64,000 nucleotides of DNA, from contig NC_019977.1 of assembly GCF_000328665.1 (NCBI RefSeq), positions 558,001 to 622,000 of the forward strand. Reading direction: 5' to 3'. Position 1 is the stretch's first letter. The number at the start of each line of letters is the position of its first letter. The translations under genes were made by a program, and so were the position numbers. This document shows, piece by piece, positions 50,984-61,021 of this stretch. The stretch comes from Methanomethylovorans hollandica DSM 15978. GTDB taxonomy: Archaea > Halobacteriota > Methanosarcinia > Methanosarcinales > Methanosarcinaceae. The notes beneath the pieces were generated by a model. The model saw nothing but the letters and a program-made list of their open reading frames with translations, was not told the DNA's origin and made no database searches.

Positions 50984-51043
50984 TGAGACCATCTAATTAG
51001 CTCCAAATATTCTCAATTCTAATTAGACAATATTTTGTCAAAA
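50984..51043. repeat. 60-bp direct repeat, copy B
   Basis: TGAGACCATCTAATTAGCTCC...TCTAATTAGACAATATTTTGTCAAAA. Confidence 0.9.
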
Positions 51044-51403
51044 GAACCTCCATAATACCTTTCAAAGATCAAAGAAATACTTTCAACATAAGCACCTTAT
51101 TTCAAAGTATCTACAAAAAATATTACTTCAATTTAGTATAAAAAAGTTTATGATACTCAAGTGGATACTTTCTTAAGGTATTTGGAGTAAAAGAGTGTTC
51201 TGATTTACTTAACAGATCTGGGAGGTCTTGACAACTATGTTATATGATGTGGATTCCTAATTTCAGAGGATATTTAGTATACAGTGAATTGTTATTTTAT
51301 AGGGGATTGGTGATGTATCCGTGCTGCAATTACCCATACGGTGTTGAAGAGAATCATTTGAATAAGCATAATGATTTAATATTGCAATACCTACTATAGC
51401 TTG

Positions 51404-51727
51404 ATGAAAGTACCATGTCAGACTATAGTATGGGATGTACTACCTGCAATAAGAGCAGCAATAGCAGAAGAATTAGTAAACCTTGGAATCTCACAGCAGG
51501 AAATTGCACGTCTGCTGGATATGGTTCCATCTGCAATATCACAATACCTATCTAAAAAGAGAGGTTACAGGATTGAATTCGAAGACGATGTGAGAAATGC
51601 TATTAGGTCTATCGCGCTGGATTTAAGTAAAGGGGAAGTTCCAGATCTTCCTAAAAGAGTTTGTACTATATGCACAATGTTGCAGGATGTCGATTCTAGC
51701 TGTAAATCGAATTCTTCTGAGAAATAG
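51404..51727 (+). CDS. small HTH transcriptional regulator (archaeal, with Cys motifs)
   Basis: PC....VLPAIRA.IA.EL, SQQEIARLL....AISQYLSKKRG, C-terminal CTIC. Confidence 0.85.
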   Translation: MKVPCQTIVWDVLPAIRAAIAEELVNLGISQQEIARLLDMVPSAISQYLSKKRGYRIEFEDDVRNAIRSIALDLSKGEVPDLPKRVCTICTMLQDVDSSCKSNSSEK

Positions 51728-52009
51728 TTTTTATCTCCGATTTTTGGAAAATCTTGGGCATGTTTTGCCTAAATATTGTAGTTTTAAGTCTGAACAAAGG
51801 CTTATGCTTGAGGTCCATAAAAAGGCTGTGATCTCTGAAGAAGTATAGGTTATCAGAAAAGTAATACAATAAGTAAAGCAGGTAAAGATAAGTAACGCTC
51901 CCAGAATATCGATGATTTCTTGGATAGCCCATTAAGTCCAGGCAGTGTATCTAAAAGGTCATATAGGTCCATGGTCCTGCACCTTCCGAGTTGTTCTCAA
52001 ATAGTTCTC

Positions 52010-52204
52010 TTATCCACCAAAAACAACACGAATTATCTGAAGCTCGTCGTCATTGTATACCATTGTATCCTCAGCAATTATCTGTTCGTTCATTACCACA
52101 ATAACTGAGCTTTGGTTAATTTTTAATTGGCGCAGCAGGCTTTCTACCGTGGTGGACCTAATATCCATCTCTTCTATTTTGCCAGAAGGTAACTTAACTT
52201 TCAT
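52010..52204 (-). CDS. ThiS/MoaD-family ubiquitin-like sulfur carrier
   Basis: 64 aa, beta-grasp pattern, C-terminal VVFGG. Confidence 0.88.
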   Translation of the reverse strand: MKVKLPSGKIEEMDIRSTTVESLLRQLKINQSSVIVVMNEQIIAEDTMVYNDDELQIIRVVFGG

Positions 52205-52260
52205 GATGTTGCACTTTCCCTACTAGTTATTTAGGTGATGCTCTGCAAATATATTGATTA

Positions 52261-53214
52261 TTACTGATCTTGAGATGTTTGTTGCCCTTTAAACCTGTCC
52301 CAGTTCCACGGCTCATCAAGGATGTTGACCCGAACATTTTCTATCCCATGCATGCTCAAAACCTTTCTCCTGACCTGATCCTTCAGATATTCTGCCATAG
52401 GGCAAATATTTGAGGTTAATACCAGATTTATATCTACATTTTTTCCATCGACTATCACATCCTTTACAATACCAAGATTGACAATATCTATCCCTACTTC
52501 CGGGTCAATCACATCCTTTAGCAGAGACAAGATCTGCTCATCCTGTTTAAGCAGTGTCCTTTGTAAAGCGATCCTGGATGTGGATATAAAGTCTTCATGT
52601 GTTTGGAACCGCTCTTCTAATCTGTTCAGCCTGTCTAGTACCTGGCTTACAACCAAAAGCTCGGGATCAGGCAAAACATTATGATCCAGCTTCCCTACTG
52701 ATGAAGGATCTGGTCCTGCGATTCTGGCGGGCACGCCCACTACAGTAGCTCCTGGTGGAACGGGCCTGATCACAACTGAACCAGCCCCTACCTTAGCGCC
52801 TTTTCCAATAGTTATCGGTCCGAGTACTATCGCGCCTGAACCAAGGGTCACATCACTTTCGATAGTAGGATGACGCTTTTTTTTCTCAAGCGCAGTTCCT
52901 CCCAGTACAACTCCCATGTATATGAGTACATCATCTCCAACCTCGGCTGTTTCTCCTATGACAACACCTGATCCATGGTCAATAAATACTCTTTTTCCAA
53001 GCTTTGCTCCGGGATGGATCTCAATACCCGTGAATGTTCTTGATATATGAGAGAGCAAACGGGCAGGAAAGTAGAGATGGTGCTCCCATAAGTAGTGTGC
53101 TATGCGATGCAACCACATTGCATGCAGACCGGGATAACAGCAGAGAACCTCTAAAGTCGATCTTGCTGCCGGATCCTTTTCAAAAACTGCTTTAATGTCT
53201 TCCCTTACTCCCAT
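52261..53214 (-). CDS. cysE: serine O-acetyltransferase fused to a C-terminal DUF59/MIP18 (SufT-like) domain
   Basis: [45 protein letters not shown]; then [14 protein letters not shown]...TSNICP...W. Confidence 0.93.
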   Translation of the reverse strand: MGVREDIKAVFEKDPAARSTLEVLCCYPGLHAMWLHRIAHYLWEHHLYFPARLLSHISRTFTGIEIHPGAKLGKRVFIDHGSGVVIGETAEVGDDVLIYMGVVLGGTALEKKKRHPTIESDVTLGSGAIVLGPITIGKGAKVGAGSVVIRPVPPGATVVGVPARIAGPDPSSVGKLDHNVLPDPELLVVSQVLDRLNRLEERFQTHEDFISTSRIALQRTLLKQDEQILSLLKDVIDPEVGIDIVNLGIVKDVIVDGKNVDINLVLTSNICPMAEYLKDQVRRKVLSMHGIENVRVNILDEPWNWDRFKGQQTSQDQ

Positions 53215-53229
53215 TTGAATACTTCCACA

Positions 53230-54159
53230 TCAATTGTCGAACAGGTCTGTACTAAGGTAGCGTTCCCCAGTATCTGGTAAAATCACAACTATTGTTTTTC
53301 CCTTTGATTCTTCACGTGCTGCAACTTCAAGAGCAGCATAAGTAGCAGCACCAGAGGATATACCTACAAGTATACCTTCTTCAAGAGCTAATCTGCGAGC
53401 TGTTGAAGCTGCATTGTCTGCAGTAACCTGCAGGATCTCATCAACTAGGTCCATTTTAAGAACCTCTGGTACGAATCCTGCACCAATTCCCTGGATGCGA
53501 TGAGGACCGGGCTTTCCACCGCTCAGTACCGGCGACTCAGCTGGTTCAACAGCTATTGCTTTAAATGATGGTTTTCTTTTTTTGATGACGCTGGCAACGC
53601 CTGTGATGGTTCCGCCTGTACCCACACCAGATACAAGTATATCCACATCCCCATCAGTATCCCTCCATATTTCCTCAGCCGTTGTCCTCTGATGAACCTC
53701 AGGGTTAGCAAGATTCCGGAACTGCTGTGGTAGGTACAGTTTCTGCGGGTCTTTGGTAGCCAATTCTTCAGCTTTCTTTACTGCACCTTTCATTCCCTCG
53801 GGTCCAGGTGTAAGAATAAGTTCTGCCCCAAACGCTTTCAGTAGTTTTCTTCGTTCTATGCTCATCGTTTCAGGCATTACTAATATAAGTTTGTAGCCTC
53901 TGGCAGCGCTTACAGCTGCAAGGGCAATACCAGTGTTACCGCTTGTCGGTTCAACAATAATAGTGCCCTGTCTAATTTTGCCTTGCCTTTCGGCTTCTTC
54001 TATCATTGCCAGTCCTATTCTATCCTTTACACTTCCGATAGGATTAAAAGACTCAACTTTAACAAGTACATCAGCATTCAACCCTTTTGTTATGCGGTTC
54101 AATCGGATGAGTGGCGTATTACCAATCGTCCATGTAATATCCTTATATATTCTTCCCAT
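53230..54159 (-). CDS. cysK: cysteine synthase A (O-acetylserine sulfhydrylase)
   Basis: [47 protein letters not shown] 54159 after GGTGA. Confidence 0.96.
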   Translation of the reverse strand: MGRIYKDITWTIGNTPLIRLNRITKGLNADVLVKVESFNPIGSVKDRIGLAMIEEAERQGKIRQGTIIVEPTSGNTGIALAAVSAARGYKLILVMPETMSIERRKLLKAFGAELILTPGPEGMKGAVKKAEELATKDPQKLYLPQQFRNLANPEVHQRTTAEEIWRDTDGDVDILVSGVGTGGTITGVASVIKKRKPSFKAIAVEPAESPVLSGGKPGPHRIQGIGAGFVPEVLKMDLVDEILQVTADNAASTARRLALEEGILVGISSGAATYAALEVAAREESKGKTIVVILPDTGERYLSTDLFDN

Positions 54160-54239
54160 TTTATCACCATTATTAAAGTAAATCATTTATGAACTCATCG
54201 TTTATAATCTATCAAGGGTATTGCCAACAAATCTTTATC

Positions 54240-54640
54240 TACCAATGAAGATGGGGATATTACTTTTGAATTATAGCTCCAAGCTTCTGAGCTATTTGCT
54301 GTGATGTAAACACATGATTTCCAACACTTCTTACACGAAGAGCAAATGAATTCACTTGATGGATACCATGAGTCTCATAGTATTCAAGGCAGATTTCGTG
54401 AAGTTGGTCCAGACTGAACTGTGTGCATTTTGAGAACGAAAAGATACCACATCCCTTGTTTAATTGTTCAGTCTCCACATTACCTTTGAGCCATATTATC
54501 CCCCTTTCCCTCCATACATTACTGTTTGGTAAAATATTATGAATATTCGTCACTAAAGTTTGTTCCCATCTTTCTCTCAGCGGTGCCGACTTCAGGACGA
54601 TTTCACCATAACGAATCATCCACAATTCTTACAACTACTT
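54240..54640 (-). pseudogene. thiI: truncated ThiI (tRNA sulfurtransferase) N-terminal/THUMP remnant
   Basis: IRYGEIVLKS..LR...E and SFALRVR..G.H.FTSQQIAQKLGA.I are present. It stops at 54260 with no PP-loop domain, and an in-frame TAA lies just after the RBS-proximal TTG. Confidence 0.75.
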
Positions 54641-54681
54641 ATTCCTCCGGATATAAGCGTTCAAAATTCTTAAATCACAGG

Positions 54682-54860
54682 TTAAATACTATGTTTTTTT
54701 GGGCTTGTGCATCTTCCAAGCAATATACTTAGGCTATCACTCGATACTATTCCGACAAGATGTTTGTTCTGATCAACTACAGGAAGTGTGGAAATTGTTT
54801 TTTTCTTCCATCACCTTTGCAACTTTCGAGATCGATTCATCTGGAGTAGCTGTAAAGACA
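54682..54860 (-). pseudogene. 3' remnant of a CBS-domain protein (as at the C-termini of methanogen MetX or MA1821-type proteins)
   Basis: Manual translation: [21 protein letters not shown] / frameshift / ISTLPVVDQNKHLVGIVSSDSLSILLGR. Confidence 0.7.
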
Positions 54861-55021
54861 TGCCGGGACTGCCTGAAGTACCATAACAGCAACCGCTCCT
54901 GCCTCCTCTGCTATCTTTGCCTGTTTTGGAGTTGTAACATTCATTACGACCCCGCCTTTTTGCATCGATGTGAAGCCACGCTTTATAAGTTTAGTGCCAT
55001 GTCTTAATTTGTCTATTCCAT
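54861..55021 (-). pseudogene. pdxS: 5' remnant of pyridoxal 5'-phosphate synthase subunit PdxS
   Basis: Manual translation: (M) / frameshift / [52 protein letters not shown], then an abrupt junction. Confidence 0.85.
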
Positions 55022-55114
55022 ATTCTGATCCAGACTTGCTATACTTAAAAAGATATGTTGATGAATCATTGCTTCATCAACATGATTTATAGATCGTTTT
55101 TGAAACTTTAGAGC

Positions 55115-56407
55115 TTACACATTATTCAATGCCTGTTCCAGATCTTCTATTATATCATCGATATGTTCAGTACCTATGGATAAACGAATATAGTCCTCGG
55201 TTACACCTGTTGCTTCCTGTTCTTCTCTGGTCAGTTGCTGGTGTGTGGTGGTAGCCGGGTGGATAACCAAACTTTTAGAGTCGCCAATGTTTGCAAGCTG
55301 TGAGAACAACTGAAGCTGGTCAATGAGCTTTATACTTGCTTCTGCACCGCCTTTCACACCAAACCCAACCAGTGCACCATAGCCCTTGAGATACTTGGAT
55401 GCAAGTTCATGACTCTGATGACCTGGCAAACCTGGGTAATTGACCCATGAAACCTTCGGGTGGTTTGAAAGATATTTGGCTACCTTGAGGGCGTTCTCTG
55501 AGTGTCTCTCGATCCTCAGGTGCAAAGTTTCAAGTCCCTGCAGCAACAGGAATGAATTGAATGGAGAGAGAGCAGCACCTGTATCCCTGAGTAGCTGCAG
55601 CCTTACTTTGAATATGAACGCTACATTACCAAGTCCCGGGAAATTTGAGAAAGTATCCCAATATTTAAGCCCATGATAACTGGGATCTGGCTCTGTGAAT
55701 TCCGGGAATTTGCCATTGTTCCAGGCAAAGGTTCCTGCATCAACTATTGAACCAGCTATTGAGTTTCCATGTCCGCCTATGAATTTGGTTGCCGAATGCA
55801 CAACGATATCCGCTCCATGCTCAATAGGGCGGACAAGTCCTACAGCAGTTGTATTATCTACAACAAGAGGAATTCCTGCAGCATGAGCAATATCTGCAAT
55901 GGCTTTAAAATCAGGAATGTCCAGTTTAGGATTACCTACTGATTCTATGTAGACGGCACGTGTCTTTTCATTGATGGCTTTTCTAAAATCCTCCGGATTT
56001 GTGGAATCCACAAAGACAGCTTTTCTTCCCAGCTTAGGCAGAGTGTAATTGAAGAGTTCATAGGTTCCACCATATAGATTATCTCCGGATACTATCTCAT
56101 CCCCCGGCCGAGTAATAGCCAAGATGGCGTAGGTTATGGCTGCTGAACCGGATGCAACACCTAATGCGCCTGTACCGCCCTCAATGGCTGCAATGCGCTG
56201 CTCGAACACATCTGTTGTTGGATTCATGATGCGGGTGTAGATATTGCCAGGTTCTTTGAGAGCGAAAAGATTGGCAGCATGAGTTGTATCTTTGAACACG
56301 CATGAAGTAGTTTGATATATCGGTACTGCAAGTGCTCCTGTAGTTGGATCCGGTTTCTGTCCAGCATGTATAGCAATTGTTCCTAATCTGTAGTCCTTAT
56401 CTGTCAT
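55115..56407 (-). CDS. metY: O-acetylhomoserine/O-acetylserine sulfhydrylase
   Basis: [57 protein letters not shown]. Confidence 0.95.
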   Translation of the reverse strand: MTDKDYRLGTIAIHAGQKPDPTTGALAVPIYQTTSCVFKDTTHAANLFALKEPGNIYTRIMNPTTDVFEQRIAAIEGGTGALGVASGSAAITYAILAITRPGDEIVSGDNLYGGTYELFNYTLPKLGRKAVFVDSTNPEDFRKAINEKTRAVYIESVGNPKLDIPDFKAIADIAHAAGIPLVVDNTTAVGLVRPIEHGADIVVHSATKFIGGHGNSIAGSIVDAGTFAWNNGKFPEFTEPDPSYHGLKYWDTFSNFPGLGNVAFIFKVRLQLLRDTGAALSPFNSFLLLQGLETLHLRIERHSENALKVAKYLSNHPKVSWVNYPGLPGHQSHELASKYLKGYGALVGFGVKGGAEASIKLIDQLQLFSQLANIGDSKSLVIHPATTTHQQLTREEQEATGVTEDYIRLSIGTEHIDDIIEDLEQALNNV

Positions 56408-56412
56408 TGTAA

Positions 56413-57780
56413 TTAACCTCTGTTTACCTTAATTTCATGCTTATCAGCGATATTCTGGAATGTATCCAGTAAGTAACGGATCTTTTCCCATGAAAGTCCG
56501 TATGTGTTAAGCTTCCATACTCTGGTTGCTCCTGCAAACTCTCCGATTATGCCTCTGCTTGAAAGTTCATCCGAAAGGAAGAAGCCTTTACGCTTGTGGC
56601 TTTTTGCAACAATATCGAAACTGTTGGTAGTATCAACTTTGGATAATGTGTGTTTGCGTTTGTACTCTGAGAGTACCTTGCTACCTTCAATGGCAAGTAA
56701 GCCGTCAATGAAGTAATTTGACTTCTTGACTTCTTCTTCCCAATGATTCACCCTTTCCTTTACGGTGGGAAAAGATGCCATCATGCCTATAAGCGTGGAT
56801 CCCATCAATGTGCAGCCCAGCATCTCAACTTCTTTTATACCAAATTTGCGCTTAGTTACATCACCAACCATTTGTGTTGTGCGAAATATTTTTGGAGCCC
56901 ATTCACTGGTAGTTGCAAGTACACCGGAGGGTGCAGGCGATGCCATGCTTTTATGGCCTGAACCTACTACGAAATCTGCACCGATTTCTTTTCCATCTAC
57001 AGGCATGACACCTACGGTATATGCTCCGTTGTAGAGGAAGGGGATATCGTATTGATGGGCAACCTTTGCTATGCTTTTAACATCATGTTCATTTGCATAT
57101 TGGTAATCGAAATGGTCGATCATTACCAGTACAGGTAGTTTGCCGGTTTCTTTTTTTACGGCCTCTATTTTCTCAGCAGTTGCATCAGGAGTTACGAGAT
57201 TGTGCTCGTTAATAGGTACTTCTTTTACAACTCCTCCTGCTTCTTCCACTGCAAGGAATTCAGTGTAATGAGCTAGACCTGAGACTATAACTGAATCGCC
57301 TTTTTCTACCAATGTAGATGCCACTGCCTGAAATCCGCGCCTTGCACCCGGTATTACGCGTGCAGCGTCCATATTGACAAAGCTGGCAAGTTGTTCATGG
57401 AAAGGAGCTATGGGCGGGCTGGTGATCTTGTCCAGCCTGAAAGGTTTGCGGCAGGCATCACAGGTTGAATAGCCGTCTCCATAAGCAATTAAAGCCTTGC
57501 GTGCTTCAGGTGTAAGCCGTCCAGCAGCCTGGATAGGCTGGATATTAATGTACATCTCCTCACGGGATCGGATATCAATGTTACTGGCAATTTTCCTAAC
57601 CTGCGGAGTGCCTGTACCGGCTTCTATGTCATCCAGTATCTTCCTTACTTTGCTAACACCTTCAAGGATACTACTTTCATCTTCCGGACCTGTGACATTT
57701 GGAAGTCTCTGCCTGAGAGTTTCCCTTATATCTTCAAGGGCAAATAAAGCCTCAAATGTTTTTTGTGTGCGTATATCCAT
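56413..57780 (-). CDS. pscS: Sep-tRNA:Cys-tRNA synthase with a ~65-aa N-terminal extension
   Basis: [53 protein letters not shown]. Confidence 0.95.
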   Translation of the reverse strand: MDIRTQKTFEALFALEDIRETLRQRLPNVTGPEDESSILEGVSKVRKILDDIEAGTGTPQVRKIASNIDIRSREEMYINIQPIQAAGRLTPEARKALIAYGDGYSTCDACRKPFRLDKITSPPIAPFHEQLASFVNMDAARVIPGARRGFQAVASTLVEKGDSVIVSGLAHYTEFLAVEEAGGVVKEVPINEHNLVTPDATAEKIEAVKKETGKLPVLVMIDHFDYQYANEHDVKSIAKVAHQYDIPFLYNGAYTVGVMPVDGKEIGADFVVGSGHKSMASPAPSGVLATTSEWAPKIFRTTQMVGDVTKRKFGIKEVEMLGCTLMGSTLIGMMASFPTVKERVNHWEEEVKKSNYFIDGLLAIEGSKVLSEYKRKHTLSKVDTTNSFDIVAKSHKRKGFFLSDELSSRGIIGEFAGATRVWKLNTYGLSWEKIRYLLDTFQNIADKHEIKVNRG

Positions 57781-57807
57781 AAACTATCATCCATTAATTG
57801 ACCAAAA

Positions 57808-57879
57808 AGCTGAAACCCGGATTCGAACCGGGATAAAATGGATCTGCAGTCCATCGCGTTGCCGTTCCGTCATCTCAGC
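57808..57879 (-). tRNA. tRNA-Cys(GCA), divergent copy
   Basis: GCTGAGA TG ACG GAACGGCAA CGC G ATGGA CTGCAGA TCCAT TTTAT CCCGG TTCGAAT CCGGG TTTCAGC T; cloverleaf, U73, G37. Confidence 0.92.
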
Positions 57880-57978
57880 AGTTTTGACCTCGATAATTAT
57901 TCTATGCTTTCTTTATTCTACACTCTTCTAATGGTTTCTTTATTGTTCAGTTAATTTACATTAAATGTTACAGCTTTT

Positions 57979-57990
57979 TCACAATTGTGA
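57979..57990. promoter_or_regulatory. palindromic operator candidate TCACAATTGTGA
   Basis: Perfect palindrome, 29 nt downstream of the minus-strand TATA box TTTAAATA (58020-58027). Confidence 0.6.
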
Positions 57991-58152
57991 TGCAACCACA
58001 TGTTATAGTTTTCTGTTGATATTTAAACCTGCTTTTAATGGCAAAAAACGCCACAAAAGCATCAACAGAACAAAAAAGATCAGCCTATACGTTTATATTT
58101 TTCATTTGAAGCTGTGACTTCGATGCCATTTATGAATATATACATAAAAAAT

Positions 58153-58770
58153 CTATACTCTCTTCCATCTAACCCCATCTTTGCTGTTTTCTATCATTAT
58201 ACCTTTCTGCTTAAGTTCTTCACCGATAGAATCGGCTTTTGCCCAGTTCTTCTCTTGGCGGGCCTTTTCCCTGAGTTCCACCATTTCCATTATCTTTTCT
58301 TCAGATATTTGGTGGAAAATATTTTCCTGCACATCTTCTCCAAATATGCCAAGTACTTCATCAATCTCTAAAAAGAACTCCAGTACTTTTCCAAGTGCTG
58401 CTTTACATATTTTTTCTTCGGAAATTATAGAATTTACCTTGCAGGTGAACACAAACAGATTGCCTGTTGCATCCCTTGTGTTGAAATCTTCATCCATAGA
58501 GTGATGCACGATTCTTTTGCATTGCGTGTCAATTCATATAAGCCGTAATCATTTTTATTCTCGGAAGCTTCTTTTAAGACACATCTTATATTATTTATTG
58601 TATTCAAGATCCTTTATAACTCTCTGATTGGAATATCTCAGCCTCATGATGAGGAAAAATGAGGTCCACAACACCACCATGTATATCCAGCTGTTCTGAT
58701 CCATATTTCATAGACATTACAGTGCACTCTATGTGCCATCCAGGACGGCCTCTTTTCCATGGACTATCCC
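58153..58770 (-). pseudogene. cysS: cysteine-tRNA ligase remnant (5'-truncated, internally deleted, frameshifted)
   Basis: Manual translation of 58770-58615 gives [49 protein letters not shown]. The 58153-58509 ORF has SMDEDFNT and R..AR..KNW..AD.I...L...GI.IE....G..W (CysRS C-terminus). The HIGH and KMSKS regions are absent. Confidence 0.9.
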
Positions 58771-58813
58771 GTATGTAAATTAAGAAATAAGTATATGTAA
58801 TAATTTAGTAAAA

Positions 58814-59569
58814 TCAGGTGGTTTTTAACAATTCTTCTAATTTCTGAATTCGATCAAGTTGCTTGAATAGATAATTGTTATAATCTAATTGCGAATCTAT
58901 TTTCAGCTTTACTTCTTCTCTGGAAGGATGCATGATCCAATTCCTGAACTTGTCAAGACCACCGAATTTCTCCACATCTCTTATCGACATACCATGCTTT
59001 TCTTTAAATACGTTATAATTTTTCAGTGCTGCAAGGTAATCATAAAAGGAGCATTCCTCGAAAACAGAAAGTTCATAATCCTTTTTTTGCATTCTGCATC
59101 TGGGTTTTGCAATATTTATAAAATCATCCTCAGACATTCTTTCTTTGAAGAATATCTTCATCTGATTTTCCAATCTGTAAAGCAGCAAGTAGAAGAACAT
59201 CCTTACAGCTCCTTTTCTGAGATCTGAGACTGTAACTATTCCCACAATGTCTGCATGGATCACAAAGAAGAAAGAGCTTCTATCTAAAATTTTTATCAAT
59301 GACATTATGTCCAAGTCTTTTGAAACTGTTTTATCGGGCAGTATGTAGTGTTCTTCGGAATAATTGCTATCAAAATATCGAGTAATTCTCCCATTCTTAT
59401 CTTTAATTGGAAAGATTGTAATATCTTTTTGTAATGCAGAATCCAGGGAATAGAAGCAAAATTCCTCTTTAGGAGTCATTATATGTTCCACTGTTAAATT
59501 TTTGTGTATCCCTTCAAATATCTCATCGTTCAATTGGATCCACCTTCTGGTGTGAGTTCCCTGATTCAT
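58814..59569 (-). CDS. CBS-pair protein with a C-terminal Swt1-like HEPN domain (putative RNase)
   Basis: LTVEHIMTP and IVGIVTVSDL (CBS); FYLLLYRLENQMK, F..CSFYDY and RNWIMH (R-x4-H); AT-rich. Confidence 0.7.
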   Translation of the reverse strand: MNQGTHTRRWIQLNDEIFEGIHKNLTVEHIMTPKEEFCFYSLDSALQKDITIFPIKDKNGRITRYFDSNYSEEHYILPDKTVSKDLDIMSLIKILDRSSFFFVIHADIVGIVTVSDLRKGAVRMFFYLLLYRLENQMKIFFKERMSEDDFINIAKPRCRMQKKDYELSVFEECSFYDYLAALKNYNVFKEKHGMSIRDVEKFGGLDKFRNWIMHPSREEVKLKIDSQLDYNNYLFKQLDRIQKLEELLKTT

Positions 59570-59824
59570 GTATCTTTGTTTACATTCAAATAATAAATAA
59601 CATTACCTCTACCTGTTTTTTTCTTAACATCTGCGCGAAGACAGATATATGTTTCAAGTTCAATTTACGATGAGATGTGTGATAATATGCAACATTTCCA
59701 TGATTTTGCAGTTTCGTGTATGGGAGGAACTTTTGATATTGTGATAATTGGCTAGAAATATTATTACTTAATAGGTATAACTATAAGCTAGAATATGCAG
59801 GAGCAAAACATTTAAGTACAAAGT

Positions 59825-59836
59825 TCACTATTGTGA
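59825..59836. promoter_or_regulatory. palindromic operator candidate TCACTATTGTGA
   Basis: One mismatch to TCACAATTGTGA; lies between the TATA box TTTAAGTA (59811-59818) and the RBS GGTGA of the wHTH gene. Confidence 0.55.
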
Positions 59837-59851
59837 AGTCGGTGATTCACT

Positions 59852-60137
59852 ATGAGGAATCGTTTTTGTTGAAAGCACAGCTGTAAATAATATAAACTAC
59901 GAAAAGCTGGAAAGTCTGCCCCCATCGGCAAAACTTGTCTTTAAAATCCTTGAAGCAAATGGTCGAATGACACAAAAAGATATAATTCGTGAAACAATCC
60001 TCCCTTCACGAACAGTCAGATATGCCATAAACAGGCTTAAAGACGAGCATATATTAATGGAAAGGTTCAATTTCATTGATTCCAGGCAGAGTTTTTATGA
60101 AATCAACGGATATTCAAATGAGGTTCCTGCAACATGA
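59852..60137 (+). pseudogene. winged-HTH (MarR-like archaeal) regulator, frameshifted by one extra T in a T5 run
   Basis: ATG 59852 with a GGTGA RBS reads MRNRFC-stop. The +1 frame (59868-60137) gives VESTAVNNINYEKLESLPPSAKLVFKILEANGRMTQKDIIRETILPSRTVRYAINRLK...DSRQSFYEI. It is not in the ORF track. Confidence 0.8.
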
Positions 60138-60307
60138 ATCCAAAAAACAGTGATTGTCTGGTCCATAATTAATAACTGTATTGTGTTCCTCAATGGTCTG
60201 AAGTTGACTTTTCATTCCAACAGATCAATTGGAGAACTTCTTTTTTGAGCTTTGTAGAAGCAAGTTTGAAATATCACATACGATTAATATTCATTAGGGG
60301 GAATTAC

Positions 60308-60850
60308 ATGCCACCACATTGTGATACACTAGATGGCCCAGTGGTAAAAGCTGCTATTATGGCACTTGAACTGGGAAATGTAAATCTGATTTTACCATGG
60401 ATACCAAAAGAAGCCGAATCAGAAACTAAAATAGCTTTTGAAAAGGCGATGACTGTGAGGAAGTTGGGGAAAGAAGCAAAGGAGCTATCTGAATACTGGT
60501 TTTTTGAAACTGTTGTTAGGTTGCATAGAGCTGGGGAAGGAGCGCCTTATACTGGCTTGAAACCTGCTGGTCTTGATGAGGGGCCAGTAGTACCAAGAGC
60601 AGAAAAGGCTCTAGAAGAAGGAAATGCGAAAGAAGTGATTGAGTTTCTGTCACATGTTACTAAGGAGGAAATACAGAAACGATTCAATTATGCAATGGCT
60701 CTCAAGAAGTACAATGAAAATGACGTAGATGTTGCAAGAGAGTATGTAGAAGCAATGCTTGATTTCATCCTATACTCTCACACATTATATGTGCAAATCA
60801 CTAAGGTTGGGGATCATATAGAAGAGGAAAATGCCAACCACAAACACTAA
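60308..60850 (+). CDS. helical protein with N-terminal HCD motif (DUF6448-like)
   Basis: MPPHCDTLDGPVV..A..AL, FFETVVRLHRAGEGAPYTGLKPAG, AREYV.A...F..Y.H. Confidence 0.75.
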   Translation: MPPHCDTLDGPVVKAAIMALELGNVNLILPWIPKEAESETKIAFEKAMTVRKLGKEAKELSEYWFFETVVRLHRAGEGAPYTGLKPAGLDEGPVVPRAEKALEEGNAKEVIEFLSHVTKEEIQKRFNYAMALKKYNENDVDVAREYVEAMLDFILYSHTLYVQITKVGDHIEEENANHKH

Positions 60851-61021
60851 AAAGCTTTAAAAAACGTTGGAATCAAGCGAATATTATATCGATATCTACT
60901 TTAATTATCAATTATGGAAAGTTCAGAATGCAGCATAACAAGTAACATCAATTATGAGAGTCCCTAGGAAATATTGTTAGAAAAAATTGAAAGGAGGTAA
61001 TCGGTCGTTAATTCAATTCAG

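Noticed and set aside
51696..51975. Short minus-strand ORFs downstream of the ThiS-like gene (78 aa; also a 39-aa MDLYDLLDTLPGLNG...)
   Set aside because: No recognisable family; possibly a decayed small membrane protein, but unsupported
54699..55007. 102-aa Cys-rich plus-strand ORF
   Set aside because: It is antisense to the pdxS and CBS remnants, which explain the sequence better
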